This document shows, one piece after another, positions 29,935-39,392 of a stretch of 64,000 nt of DNA (positions are counted from its first letter, which is position 1; every line of letters starts with the position of its first letter). The notes below the pieces were generated by a model. It saw only the letters and a list, made by a program, of their open reading frames with translations, was not told where the DNA came from and made no database searches. This DNA is from Ostreococcus lucimarinus (lineage: Eukaryota): assembly GCA_000092065.1 (NCBI GenBank), contig CP000597.1; one strand, written 5' to 3'. The position numbers and the translations under genes are program-made.

Positions 29935-31083
29935 ATGCAACCGCTCGCGATGCACCGCGCGACGATGCGCGAGACGTTCGCGCGAACGCGGCGAACGACG
30001 ACGTCGATGGGGACATCGGGAAAAGCGACGGGACGGCGCGCGACGCGCGCGGTGCGCGTGCGCGCGGAGAGCGGCGGTGAATCGGCGCCGACGAGCGAAG
30101 GCGCGGCGACGAGCGGAACGCCGGTGCGCAAGACGTCGATGCTGGTGATCGGCGCGACGGGAACGCTCGGGAGACAGGTGGTGAGACGGGCCCTGGACGA
30201 GGGCTACGACGTGCGGTGCTTGGTGCGACCGAGACAAAATCCGGCGGATTTCTTGCGGGATTGGGGCGCCACGACGGTCAGCGCGGATCTGACGAAACCC
30301 GAAACGCTGCCGCCGGCGTTCGTGGGGGTGCACACGGTGATTGACGCGTCGACGGCGAGACCGGAGGAGGACTCGTACGCGATCGACTGGGAAGCCAAGT
30401 GCGCGACGATTCAAACGGCCGCGGCGATGGGGATCTCGCGATACGTGTTTTACTCCATCGATCAGTGCGATAAGCACCGAGAAGTACCGTTGATGAACAT
30501 GAAGTACGCCGTGGAGGAGTACTTGAAAGTGAGCGGGATGGATTACACGGTGCTGCGATTGTGCGGTTTCATGCAACCGCTCATCGCGGGATACGCCGTG
30601 CCGGTGCTCGAGGAGCAGCCGCTTTGGGGTACGGATGATGACACGCGCACGGCATACTTGGACACGCAAGATGTGGCGAAGATGACTCTCGCCGCCGTTC
30701 GCAGAGACGAAGCCGCGAACAAGATCATGACGCTCGCCGGCCCGAAGTCGTACAGCGTGCGCGAAGTCATCGCTTTGTGCGAAAAGCTCGGCGGCGCCGA
30801 AGCCAAGGTCAGCAACGTACCGGTTGGTTTGTTGAAGTTCACCCGTGCCTTCACGCGTTTCTTCCAATGGTCTTCGGCGGCGAGCGACCGCCTGGCTTTC
30901 GCGGAAGTGTTGGCGAGCGGCATCAAGTTTGAAGCCGACATGACGGAGACTTACAAGACTTTGGGGATGAGCGAAGACGAGGTGACGACGCTCGAACAAT
31001 ATTTAGAAGAATACTTCTCCAAGATTTTGAAGAAGTTGAAGGAAGTCGGCGGGGAATCGAGACAACGCGACTTCTACCTCTAA
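29935..31083 (+). CDS. HCF244: HCF244/Ycf39-like NAD(P)-binding atypical SDR (PSII assembly factor), plastid-targeted.
   Basis: Near-collinear match to plant HCF244: MLVIGATGTLGRQVVRRALDEGYDVRCLVRPR...ADFLRDWGATTVSADLTKPETLP...VIDASTARPEE...VDWEAK...YVFYSIDQCDKHREVPLMNMKY...LRLCGFMQPLIAGYAVPVLEEQPLWGTDD...AYLDTQDVAKMT...RLAFAEVLAS...MTETYKTLGMSEDEVTTLEQYLEEYFSKILKKLK. Confidence 0.85.
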   Translation: MQPLAMHRATMRETFARTRRTTTSMGTSGKATGRRATRAVRVRAESGGESAPTSEGAATSGTPVRKTSMLVIGATGTLGRQVVRRALDEGYDVRCLVRPRQNPADFLRDWGATTVSADLTKPETLPPAFVGVHTVIDASTARPEEDSYAIDWEAKCATIQTAAAMGISRYVFYSIDQCDKHREVPLMNMKYAVEEYLKVSGMDYTVLRLCGFMQPLIAGYAVPVLEEQPLWGTDDDTRTAYLDTQDVAKMTLAAVRRDEAANKIMTLAGPKSYSVREVIALCEKLGGAEAKVSNVPVGLLKFTRAFTRFFQWSSAASDRLAFAEVLASGIKFEADMTETYKTLGMSEDEVTTLEQYLEEYFSKILKKLKEVGGESRQRDFYL

Positions 31084-31204
31084 ATCGCCCGCTCGCGAAC
31101 TGTAATAGTGCCACAGATTTCTGATTTCTTTCCTCTTTCACGAAATTTCTAATGTCATCGCGTGTTCGATTCGATCGCGCGTCGTTTTCGTGCGCGTTAA
31201 CGTC

Positions 31205-31606
31205 CTATTGATCATCTGCGGCCGACGCGGGCGCGGGCGTGGCGTTCGTCATGTTGTCCACTCGCGTGCGAAACGCGCCTCGTCCGATCGCAAAGCGCCG
31301 TGGCGTCCAGCGCAAGACGTTGGTATCGCCCGGAGCGTCCAAAATGTCGTCGATTCCGTTCGACGCGTCCTCGATGACGTGTCGAAGTGTGCGATGCAGC
31401 CCATCTTCGACGCTGATTTCGTCCAGAACGGCTCGTTCGGCGTCGGTCAACTTCGTCAGTCGGTCGCGCACTGCCTCGGCATGGTCTGGTTTGGTCAACA
31501 GGGCGTTCTCGCGACGGCGCCGGGCCTCGCCAGCTTCCCACGCCATGGCGAGGTCCACGGGATCGCCGTCATCGACGTAGGCATCGTAAGCGTCGGTTTG
31601 CTCCAT
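31205..31606 (-). CDS. Hypothetical small acidic protein.
   Basis: 133-aa ORF with balanced, non-R/A composition (D, E, L, T, W). The opposite-strand ORF 31190..31699 is R/G-rich junk. No recognised domain. Confidence 0.35.
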   Translation of the reverse strand: MEQTDAYDAYVDDGDPVDLAMAWEAGEARRRRENALLTKPDHAEAVRDRLTKLTDAERAVLDEISVEDGLHRTLRHVIEDASNGIDDILDAPGDTNVLRWTPRRFAIGRGAFRTRVDNMTNATPAPASAADDQ

Positions 31607-31717
31607 GTCGAGTCGATCGAGGCGTCGAGGTGTGTGGGCGCCGAGGAGGCGAGACGAGAAGGCGACAACGCGCGGCTACGTGTAGTATTCGTTGGCTAAG
31701 GTCGCCCGGGCGGGCCT

Positions 31718-33565
31718 CTAATCATCCTTCTCGCACTGTTCGAACAGCAAATCGTGGTTCTGGCACACGCTTCGCGGACAAAGCGCGAAAACGGAGGACG
31801 CGCCGCGCACGCTTCGCGTGGCGCACATGCGACACGACGATTTCCCGATGGCGATGCACCCGGCGTAGTCCACGTCGATGTGGCCGAATGTGCGGCAGTA
31901 ACGCTCGGTATATTGAAATATCCCTCGCTTGGCATCTTCGAGGTTGGGCAGGCAGTTTTCGTCTTCGACGTTGACCGTCGGCGTGACTCCAAGGGTGGGT
32001 TTCGCGCGAACGGTGGGCGCCGTGTCGGCGGTGTCTTCGTCGTCGGCGTTGCCATCCTCCGCATCGCTTTCGTCGTCGTCACTCTTTGCCTTCGCTGGTT
32101 TGGGATCGCAACCCTCAACGCTGTACGCGCTGCACACGTGATGAGAGCATCGCGAATACGAACTGCTCTGCGTCGCGGCCGGGGAGTCGTCGAGGTAACA
32201 ACTTTGACAACCTTCGCTCGATTTTTCGACGCACCCGAGGACATCGCCGGAATCTTCCATGCAAGCCTTGTTGTATTGTCTATAAATACCGTGCTTAGAC
32301 TCAATTTGCACGGGTGCACACGATGGCGTGGCCTTGACGTCGTCATCTTCCTCCTCCTCCTCGTCTTCTTCGTCTTTGATGGACGGCGTGACGCCGAGCG
32401 ACGCCTCCGATGGCTTCGACTTTTTGCTAGACTTCTTACGCTTTGTCGACTTTTTCTCGTCGGTGTCATCCGTGTCGTCGACGACTGCATCATCAACGTC
32501 GACATCGACGTCGTCGTCTGCGTCGAGGTCATCGTTCTCATCCTCTTCATCCTTCGTGGTTGAAGACTTTTTCTTCAAAGCTGATTTTGTCTTTGACGTC
32601 TTCGACGAGGATTCCTCGGTTTCGTCGGCGACGTCGTCTACACTGCTCGTGCCCGCGGTCACGCGTTTCAAGCTTCCTTTTAAGCCTTTCAAAATCTTAT
32701 CCGTCGTCGCTTTTAACGGTTGAAGCGTGGGATCAGCCGTCGTAAGCGTCCCCGCGCCACCTCTGATTTCCATCGTTCTCGGCGATGCGGCGCTCGAGTA
32801 AAGCACGGCGCCGACGCCACACGCGACGACGGCGGAGACCGCGACGACGGTGTACGTGACGACGTGACTCTTAATCCCGAAAAACGACCGCCGAACCTTG
32901 CGCTTGCGACCGCCATCTAGCAATGAAGCAGTCTCGCTCTCCTCGCGAGCGCGCTCGCGGTCGCGCTTCGCCTCGCGCTTGGCTTCCTTCTTGGCCAACT
33001 TTTCCGCCTTTCGGCGCGCGCGTTCCGCCTCCAAAGCGCGCCGCTCTTCTTCGCGTTTCTTTCGCGCGCGCTCTTCCTCGCGCCTCGTCAAATCAGCCTG
33101 AGAAACGAACCCGAATCCTTCCTCTTCGTCCCCGCCTCGTCGTCTCGCGCTTCGCGCCCGCTCCAACCCGCTCGCGAACTCATCGTCATCGCTCTCATCG
33201 CTGTCGACCCCGCCCAAGCGCTCGGCGACGAGTTTCGACGTCTTACGCATCCTTCGCCTCCGTTCGCTGTCTCTACCGAACGTGCTGTGCGACGGCGACT
33301 CGTCCCCGTCGCTCGCGCCGTCGCCGCCCGCGCGATCCCACGCGCTTCGTCGCCCCCCCCCTCCGCGCCCGTCCCCCCCGCCCGCCTCCACGTCCTCGTC
33401 GCGATCCCTCGCGAACGCATCGTCGTCGTGATCGTCGACGACGCGCGTCTCCTCGTCGCTCTCCGACGCCGTCGTCGCCGTTCGGCGCGCGTCTTCGTCG
33501 TCCGAGCTCTCGCGCGAGCGCACCGACCGCGCGTCGCTCGACGCGTTCTTCGCGCAGCACACCAT
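31718..33565 (-). CDS. Type II single-pass membrane protein. It has an acidic/charged cytoplasmic N-terminus with a coiled coil, one TM helix, and an ectodomain with K/S/D-rich linkers and two Cys-rich repeats.
   Basis: TM helix VVTYTVVAVSAVVACGVGAVLY. Cys-rich repeat 1: ...CAPVQIESKHGIYRQYNKACMEDSGDVLGCVEKSSEGCQSCY...CSHHVCSAYSVEGCD. Repeat 2: ...CLPNLEDAKRGIFQYTERYCRTFGHIDVDYAGCIAIGKSSCRMCA...CPRSVCQNHDLLFEQC. Coding-like composition throughout. No family recognised. Confidence 0.5.
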   Translation of the reverse strand: MVCCAKNASSDARSVRSRESSDDEDARRTATTASESDEETRVVDDHDDDAFARDRDEDVEAGGGDGRGGGGRRSAWDRAGGDGASDGDESPSHSTFGRDSERRRRMRKTSKLVAERLGGVDSDESDDDEFASGLERARSARRRGGDEEEGFGFVSQADLTRREEERARKKREEERRALEAERARRKAEKLAKKEAKREAKRDRERAREESETASLLDGGRKRKVRRSFFGIKSHVVTYTVVAVSAVVACGVGAVLYSSAASPRTMEIRGGAGTLTTADPTLQPLKATTDKILKGLKGSLKRVTAGTSSVDDVADETEESSSKTSKTKSALKKKSSTTKDEEDENDDLDADDDVDVDVDDAVVDDTDDTDEKKSTKRKKSSKKSKPSEASLGVTPSIKDEEDEEEEEDDDVKATPSCAPVQIESKHGIYRQYNKACMEDSGDVLGCVEKSSEGCQSCYLDDSPAATQSSSYSRCSHHVCSAYSVEGCDPKPAKAKSDDDESDAEDGNADDEDTADTAPTVRAKPTLGVTPTVNVEDENCLPNLEDAKRGIFQYTERYCRTFGHIDVDYAGCIAIGKSSCRMCATRSVRGASSVFALCPRSVCQNHDLLFEQCEKDD

Positions 33566-33900
33566 GCGCGCGCGATCGGGACGCGTTCGCGCGCGCGTCC
33601 TCGTCGCTCGCCGATCGTCGTCGCGCGCGCGCGAGCGCGTCGGGGTGTTACGCGTTCCTCACGCCGGCTGGGTGTTACGCGTGCCTCACGAGGACTCTGA
33701 CGAGTCATGACTCAAGCGTAAATAATACACGTATGGACACTTGAATACGTTGGACATGTGGATATGAATCGACATACGAAACAAAAACAATCCGTTCCCG
33801 CGTTGACGGGTGAAGTGAAGATTAAATACTGTACCGTCCACGGCGTTTGAGGTTTCGGGCGGGCGCGGCGCGACTGCGGACGACGAACGACGCCGCGCGC

Positions 33901-33941
33901 GACGACGACGACGACGACGACGACGCGCGACGACCGCGTCG

Positions 33942-33975
<34 letters not shown>
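33901..33975. repeat. Inverted trinucleotide repeat (GAC)8 - GCGCGACGACCGCGTCG - (GTC)11, a potential hairpin/cruciform.
   Basis: Directly visible: gacgac x8 followed by its reverse complement gtcgtc x11 around a short GC spacer. It lies in intergenic DNA between 33565 and 34887. Confidence 0.85.
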
Positions 33976-33976
<1 letters not shown>

Positions 33977-34886
33977 GGGACGCGCGCGCGCGTCGCCGTC
34001 CGTCGCGCGCGCGCATCCCTCGACGCGCGCGACGACGGCCGACGCCCGACGCGCGCGCGCGCGTCGCTTGACGGAAACGACCGCGCCGACGGAAACGACG
34101 CTTCGTTCGAATTCAAACGCGCACGCGCGCCGCGCGCGCGCGACGTCGAGATTTTTCCTCGAGTGCGGACCCGCGGCGCGAAAAAAGCGCGACGCGCGGG
34201 AACCGCGGCGAAAAAGATTAATTTCCGCGTCAGCACCCGCGGCGACCCCGCGCGCGCGGCGCGCGCCCGCGATCGCGACGTTTTTCGTATATAGATGCAT
34301 CACGGGGTTCAATGCGTACACGCGCGTGGGTAAATATGTCGACACGCGTGTCGCCGCGATCGCGGGCGCGCGCCGCGCGGCGAAAATTTATCGCATTTAT
34401 CGCTCGCGCGCGGAGTCACGACTCGCCGACGCGCGAATCCCGCGAAATCCCGCGCGGGGGTGGATAATATCTTCCCGTAGTGCGTCGCGTCGATCGCCCA
34501 TGAGGGCTGTGAAAAAAACCCGCGCGCGAGATTTCGATTTTCACGAACGGTTCATGGTGTTCGTGCGCGCGCGAATGCGTGATCGCCGCGCGTCCGGCGT
34601 GGGTTCGGACGTTCGGGCGATACGAACGGACGTCCGGCGCGTGGCCCGGAGACGACGCCCGACGCGCGCGTGCGCCCGGCGCGCGTTACGCGGGGCGCGC
34701 GCGCGCGGCCGCACACGCGCGCGCACGCCGGGCGCACGCGAGCGACGCGCGCGGTTCGCGGTCGATCGATTCGAACGTCGCTCGATCGATCGACGCGCGC
34801 GCGAGACGCCGACCCGCGACGCCGACCCGACCCGCGACGTCGTTGTTAACGTCGCCGCGATCGATCGGCGTCGCGCGACGCGGGCG

Positions 34887-36379
34887 ATGATGGCGACGCC
34901 GCGCGAGCTCGACGCGCCGAGCGCGGGCTCGCCCGCGCGCGACGACGGCGCGAAAGATTTTCGTCGAACCGAATCCGTCGACGGCGAGGCCATCGCGCGC
35001 GAGCGCGCGCACTCGTTCAGCACGCAGTGCTCGTCGCAGACGACGATCGCGGACTTGGGCCAGGGGCGCGACGACGACGACGACCGCGTCGAGGACGAAC
35101 GCGTCGCGTTCGACGTCGCGCGCGATCGCGACGCGCGCGCGATCGACGAACGGGCGGAGAGAGAAACGCGCGATGCGATGGTAGCGCTCGCGCGCGCGCG
35201 CGCGGACGCGATCGGGCCGGACGGCGCGGATTTATGCGCCGACGTCGCGCGCGAGCTCCTGCGGCGCGAGCGCGCGGATCACGGGGCGTTCGTGTTGGAC
35301 GGCGCGACGGCGCATCACGCGGCGTACCGGGCGCAGTTGGTGGAGTGGATTTTGGACGTGTGCGCGGGGGAGCGGTACGGGCCGACGACGGCGGACGTCG
35401 CGATCGGATACATGGTGCGTGGACGATGCGATGCGACGCGATCAACTGTCTCGCCTCCTGGCTGGCTGATTCCGGGGGAGGGGGCCAGGGGCGATCTTGA
35501 TCTTATCTTCGCCGCGACCGACCGCGATGTTCGGACGAACGGCGAAAAAAATAAAACGTCGGAAACGATTCGAAACGCACGAACGCGCGCGATGGGGACG
35601 ATGGCGAACGATTGAACGAACGACTGACGACGAACGCGGACGCGACGAATGCGCAGGATCGAGTGTTGTCGAAAACCGTGGTGCCGAAGACGTCTTTACA
35701 TCTCGTCGCGCTGTGCTGCTTGCAGATTGCGGTGAAATACGAAGAGATTGAGGAACGTGTGCCGACGATGGCGAAACTTCGCGCGTGGACGTCGAACATG
35801 TACTCGCCGGATATCATTCAAAAGATGGAGTTGGCGGTGTTGATCGAGCTCAAATGGGAGCTCGGCATTCTGACGCCGGCGCACTTTTTGGAATCTTTCT
35901 TGACCATGATGAACGGTGGGACGACGAGCGAGGACGAAGTGGACGTCGGTGTGTGGACGCCGCAGTATCAAGAGGAGTTGAGACATTTGGTGTGTCAAAT
36001 GTACTCGTTGTGCGTGCAAGACGTGAGCTTGGCCAACGAGCTGCCGTCGCGCGTCGCCGCCGCCGTCATCGCAGCGTCGAGGTTGAACTTGGGCATCAAG
36101 CCCTTGTGTCCACCGACGCTCCGAGTTGCGGCGAACGTGACACCGCAGCAAATCTATCCTCTCGTGACGCACATGCACAGAATGTGGGAAGAAGCGTACG
36201 AAGACGACGAGACGACGATGATGGAAGCCGACGTCAAGGCCCACGCGGATTTCAACTCGCTCGCCATCGCCATTCCGCAACAAGAAGGTGTGGTGTATGC
36301 CGATAAACCCGGGTTCGAGCAGCGCATCACTGAAAACGCATCGCCGACGTGTCCGTTGGATATGCAGTGGGACGAATGA
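34887..36379 (+). CDS. Cyclin (A/B/D-type cyclin box). Two exons, 34887..35414 and 35657..36379. Start is uncertain.
   Basis: Exon 1 ends ...YRAQLVEWILDVCAGERYGPTTADVAIGYM (cyclin-box helix 1-2). Exon 2 begins DRVLSKTVVPKTSLHLVALCCLQIAVKYEEIEERVPTMAKLRAWTSNMYSPDIIQKMELAVLIELKWELGILTPAHFLESF (helices 3-5, KYEEI motif). The ORF track splits the gene into ORFs 34068..35615 and 35612..36379. Confidence 0.7.
35415..35656 (+). other. Spliceosomal intron (GTGCGT...GCGCAG, phase 0) in the cyclin gene.
   Basis: Donor GTGCGT lies directly after ATG (M, 35412-35414). Acceptor ...aatgcgcag|GAT CGA GTG TTG (DRVL). Splicing joins ...AIGYM to DRVLSK..., reconstituting a continuous cyclin box. Confidence 0.7.
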
Positions 36380-36770
36380 GCCGACGCGTTTCAGAGTCGA
36401 GAAATGGAGAGAGAAAGGGGTGAGATTCTGTGAGAATCGAGAGACCGAATCGAGAGACCGAATCGGTTAGTAAGTATGGACGGGATTATCGCGGTAACTA
36501 TTATCCTACCGCGGTACGCCCATCGTACCCCAAGGCGATCAAGGAGTATTCCATCATGTCGGGTAACCAAGCGAGCGCGACGGCGGTATCGTCATCACGA
36601 GACAACGCCGACTGCGCGGTGTATTATTTGTTTGATTTGTGCCAAATGTATTCTATTTTAATCAAAAGAGAAAGATATTTCGATACAACAAATCACACGT
36701 ACTTTACAAGAATCTAAATGCGTGGCGCGCTATCTTTTGTTCGTTCAATCGTCGCGCGCGCGCGCTACGT

Positions 36771-37769
36771 TTAACATCGCATGCCTTCCTCGGTGACCGT
36801 GTACGCGCCTCCGTGGCGGCGCACCGGTACGTCCCACGTCGCTACGCCCGCGTACTCACCGTATCCAACGCGTTTGTTCGACGGCGCCAACAAGACGCGC
36901 TGCGTCACCGCGTTCGTCCACTCCACGGGTAAGAAATCCTTGTACTGCCCACCCCGTCGACCATCGTTCGACGACAACGTCGTCTTTGTCACCACAACCG
37001 CCGCCCTATGCGCGCTCGCTAGGCGCTTGAACAATCTCGCCGCGGCGGAAAACACGCGCTGAATGTTAAACGGCGCCCCGTGGTCCTTCCTCGATGCTCG
37101 ATCGAGCCAGTAAAACGCCGCCACGTTGTCACAAATCACCAACCGCTGCGACGCGAATTTCGCCATCTCACCGCTTTTGGCACCGTTCGTACCTCCACCC
37201 TCTGCGTCCTCCCCCGTCTCCCTCGTCTCCGCCGTCTCCGCGTCCACGAACAGTCCGTCTCTTTTCGCGCTCTCGATCGCTCCGCTCCACGCCGCGTCCA
37301 GCGCCGTCAGCGTCTTCAACGCGTCCACCATCCCGTGCGCCCTCACCAGCGTGAATCTCGACATCGATTCCTCGTACACCTCATCTCGCATCGTCACTCG
37401 CTGATTCTCTCGCACGTTCGCCAGCTTTTCCTCAATCTTTCGATTCAGCGCTCGCAGCAGCCGCAGTTGGTCAAACTTTCCATCGCAATCGATGACGATC
37501 ACCCGCGCCTCGCTCCCGTCGTACCGCACCCCGTCCCGCGCTCGCGGCAGCACGGCGTGCGCGGCGATCTCGGTGACGAACTCCGTCTTCCCCGACCCCG
37601 GCGCGCCGACGATCTCGACGATCTCTCCCGCGCGAAGCGCCGGTTCGGGGTCGCGCGCGTCGACGAACGGAATCCCGCTCCGCAGCGGCTCTCGCAGCGC
37701 GCGGTCGAGGTACGCGCGCGCCGTCTCGCTCGGCGCGAGGAACGCGAGCGTTTCTTCCAGCGTGTTCAT
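36771..37769 (-). CDS. RAD51 paralog (RecA/RAD51-family ATPase; XRCC2/XRCC3/RAD51C/D-like). Alternative start at 37871.
   Basis: Walker A EIVGAPGSGKTEFV. ...RVIVIDCDGKFD... . A hydrophobic Walker B-like LVICDNVAAFYW. Short protein (~330 aa) typical of RAD51 paralogs. Confidence 0.55.
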   Translation of the reverse strand: MNTLEETLAFLAPSETARAYLDRALREPLRSGIPFVDARDPEPALRAGEIVEIVGAPGSGKTEFVTEIAAHAVLPRARDGVRYDGSEARVIVIDCDGKFDQLRLLRALNRKIEEKLANVRENQRVTMRDEVYEESMSRFTLVRAHGMVDALKTLTALDAAWSGAIESAKRDGLFVDAETAETRETGEDAEGGGTNGAKSGEMAKFASQRLVICDNVAAFYWLDRASRKDHGAPFNIQRVFSAAARLFKRLASAHRAAVVVTKTTLSSNDGRRGGQYKDFLPVEWTNAVTQRVLLAPSNKRVGYGEYAGVATWDVPVRRHGGAYTVTEEGMRC

Positions 37770-37869
37770 CCGCGCGTCGCGCGCTCGCGCGACATCAACC
37801 GCGACGCGTCGACGAGTGCGACCGACTCGCGGCGTCCGCCGAACGAATCGCCATCGCGCGGCGCGCGGC

Positions 37870-38604
37870 ATGCGCGCGTCGACGCGCGATCGCCCGGGGG
37901 AGGTGTCGCGAAGCGCGTTCGATCACCTGTGCGCGGAGATGGTGCGCGAGGCGTTCAGGGCGACGCGCGCGGGCGCGGCGAGAGGCGACGCCGGGGAGGA
38001 ATTCATGGACGACGCCGCGGACTGGATGCGACGCGTCGACGGCGAGACCGCGCGCGCGGCGTGCGACAGGCTCGAACGCGTGGGATTTCGCATCGGCGAG
38101 CGCGTCGGCGAGCGCGTGAGCGCGCACGAGGATCCGTTCGCGGACGAGCAGAGCGCGATCATGTGCGCGTGCAAAGAGTTTTGGACCTTCGCGCACGGCA
38201 AGCGCGTCGACGCGCTCAAGACGAACAACAAGGGCACGTTCGTGTTTCACGACGATCAGTTTCGAGCGATGCGAGGCGTGCGATGCTCGAGCTCGAGCGC
38301 GGGCTCGAGCGCGGGCTCGAGCGCCGCCGCGTCGTCCGCCGCCGACGCGCTCGCCGACGCCGCGCTCGACGCCGTCGAGCGCGCCTACCTCGCCCTTCAC
38401 GCCGGCGTCGTTCGCGGCGGCTTAAAATCCTTCGGCATCACCGCTCGCGTGCGCGGCGAGCTTCGCGCGTCGCCGTCGTCGGCGTCGCGCGACGCGCGTC
38501 GACGCCCTTCGCGTCCGGGCTTCGCGTTCGCGCCCGCGCCGTCGCCCGCCGTCGCGTTCGTCGTCGACGTCGCGCGTCCGTCCCGCGCCGCGCCGGCGTC
38601 GTGA
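37870..38604 (+). CDS. TRAPPC6: TRAPP complex subunit TRAPPC6/Trs33 (Bet3 family).
   Basis: SAFDHLCAEMVREAF...LERVGFRIGERVGERVS...EQSAIMCACKEFWTFAHGKRVDALKTNNKGTFVFHDDQFRAM...AYLALHAGVVRGGLKSFGI aligns with human TRAPPC6A (FEFLHTEMVAEL...LEGMGFRVGQALGERL...LKFLCKDLWVAVFQKQMDSLRTNHQGTYVLQDNSF...AFTCGLLRGALYTLGI). Confidence 0.75.
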   Translation: MRASTRDRPGEVSRSAFDHLCAEMVREAFRATRAGAARGDAGEEFMDDAADWMRRVDGETARAACDRLERVGFRIGERVGERVSAHEDPFADEQSAIMCACKEFWTFAHGKRVDALKTNNKGTFVFHDDQFRAMRGVRCSSSSAGSSAGSSAAASSAADALADAALDAVERAYLALHAGVVRGGLKSFGITARVRGELRASPSSASRDARRRPSRPGFAFAPAPSPAVAFVVDVARPSRAAPAS

Positions 38605-38830
38605 CGCAAGTATCATCGTTGTAACACCGCGCGCGTTCTCGTCGCCGCGCGCGTCCATCGCGACCCTTCGACGCCCGGTCGCCGCGCCGCGCGTGTTCGG
38701 CGCGTGTTCGCCGCGCGTTTTCGGTGCGTTTCGGCGCGATCGCTCGCGACGCACTTAGGGTTCGCGCGCGTCGAATACGAACGACCCTCGCGTTCGCGAA
38801 GGCAAACGCAAAAAAAATAAAAAAAATAAT

Positions 38831-38900
38831 ACCCGACCCCTGAGGGGTCACCTCAGATTTCGCGAGGGGTCGGCACTCGTCGCGAGGGGTCACTCGCACC
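38831..38900. repeat. Palindrome/direct-repeat element: gacccctgaggggtc palindrome plus 2x direct repeat cgcgaggggtc. It is preceded by an A-rich tract (38808-38830).
   Basis: Visible in the sequence: cccgacccctgaggggtcacctcag...cgcgaggggtcggcactcgtcgcgaggggtcactcgc. It lies intergenic between TRAPPC6 (end 38604) and the ABHD17-like gene (start 39393). Confidence 0.7.
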
Positions 38901-39392
38901 GAATGTCCGAACCATACCCCCTCCTCACTGTTTGCCCTATACGCCCCCAGCGCGCGCGTCGGCGCCGGTCGGTCGGCGCCGCGTCGGCACCGCATCGGCG
39001 CCGCATCGGCGCCGCGTCGGCGCGCCATCGCGCCGCGCGCGCGACGACCGCGCGCGCGACGACGACGGCGACCGCGCGCGCGACGACGACGGCGACGACG
39101 CGAACGACGACGACGGCGCGCCGAATCGAATCGCGCGCGCCGTCGTCGTCGAACGAAGCATCGATCGACCGACCGGGACATCGATCGAACGACGATGTTC
39201 GCGGCGTGCGCGCGCCGGGAGAAGACGCGCGGACGCGCGACGCGAGATCGAATCGACGCGCGCGTGGACGCGGTGGTGCGCGCGATGACGCGCGCGGACG
39301 CGACGGAGGAGGCGACGACGAGCGAGGGACGACGCGCGACGGCGGACGACGAACCGCTGACGCACGAGGGCGAGTGGCCGCGCGCGGAGGGA

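Noticed and set aside
28075-30999. Minus-strand ORFs 28075..29181, 29189..30016 and 29836..30999.
   Set aside because: Antisense to the PRC-barrel and HCF244 genes. S/T/R-rich low-complexity translations.
33686-34345. ORFs 33686..34345(-), 33712..34236(-), 33822..34016(-) and 33847..34071(+) with poly-D, poly-S and poly-T runs.
   Set aside because: They are generated by the (GAC)n/(GTC)n inverted repeat and the surrounding GC-rich intergenic DNA. They are mutually overlapping in all frames with no domain content.
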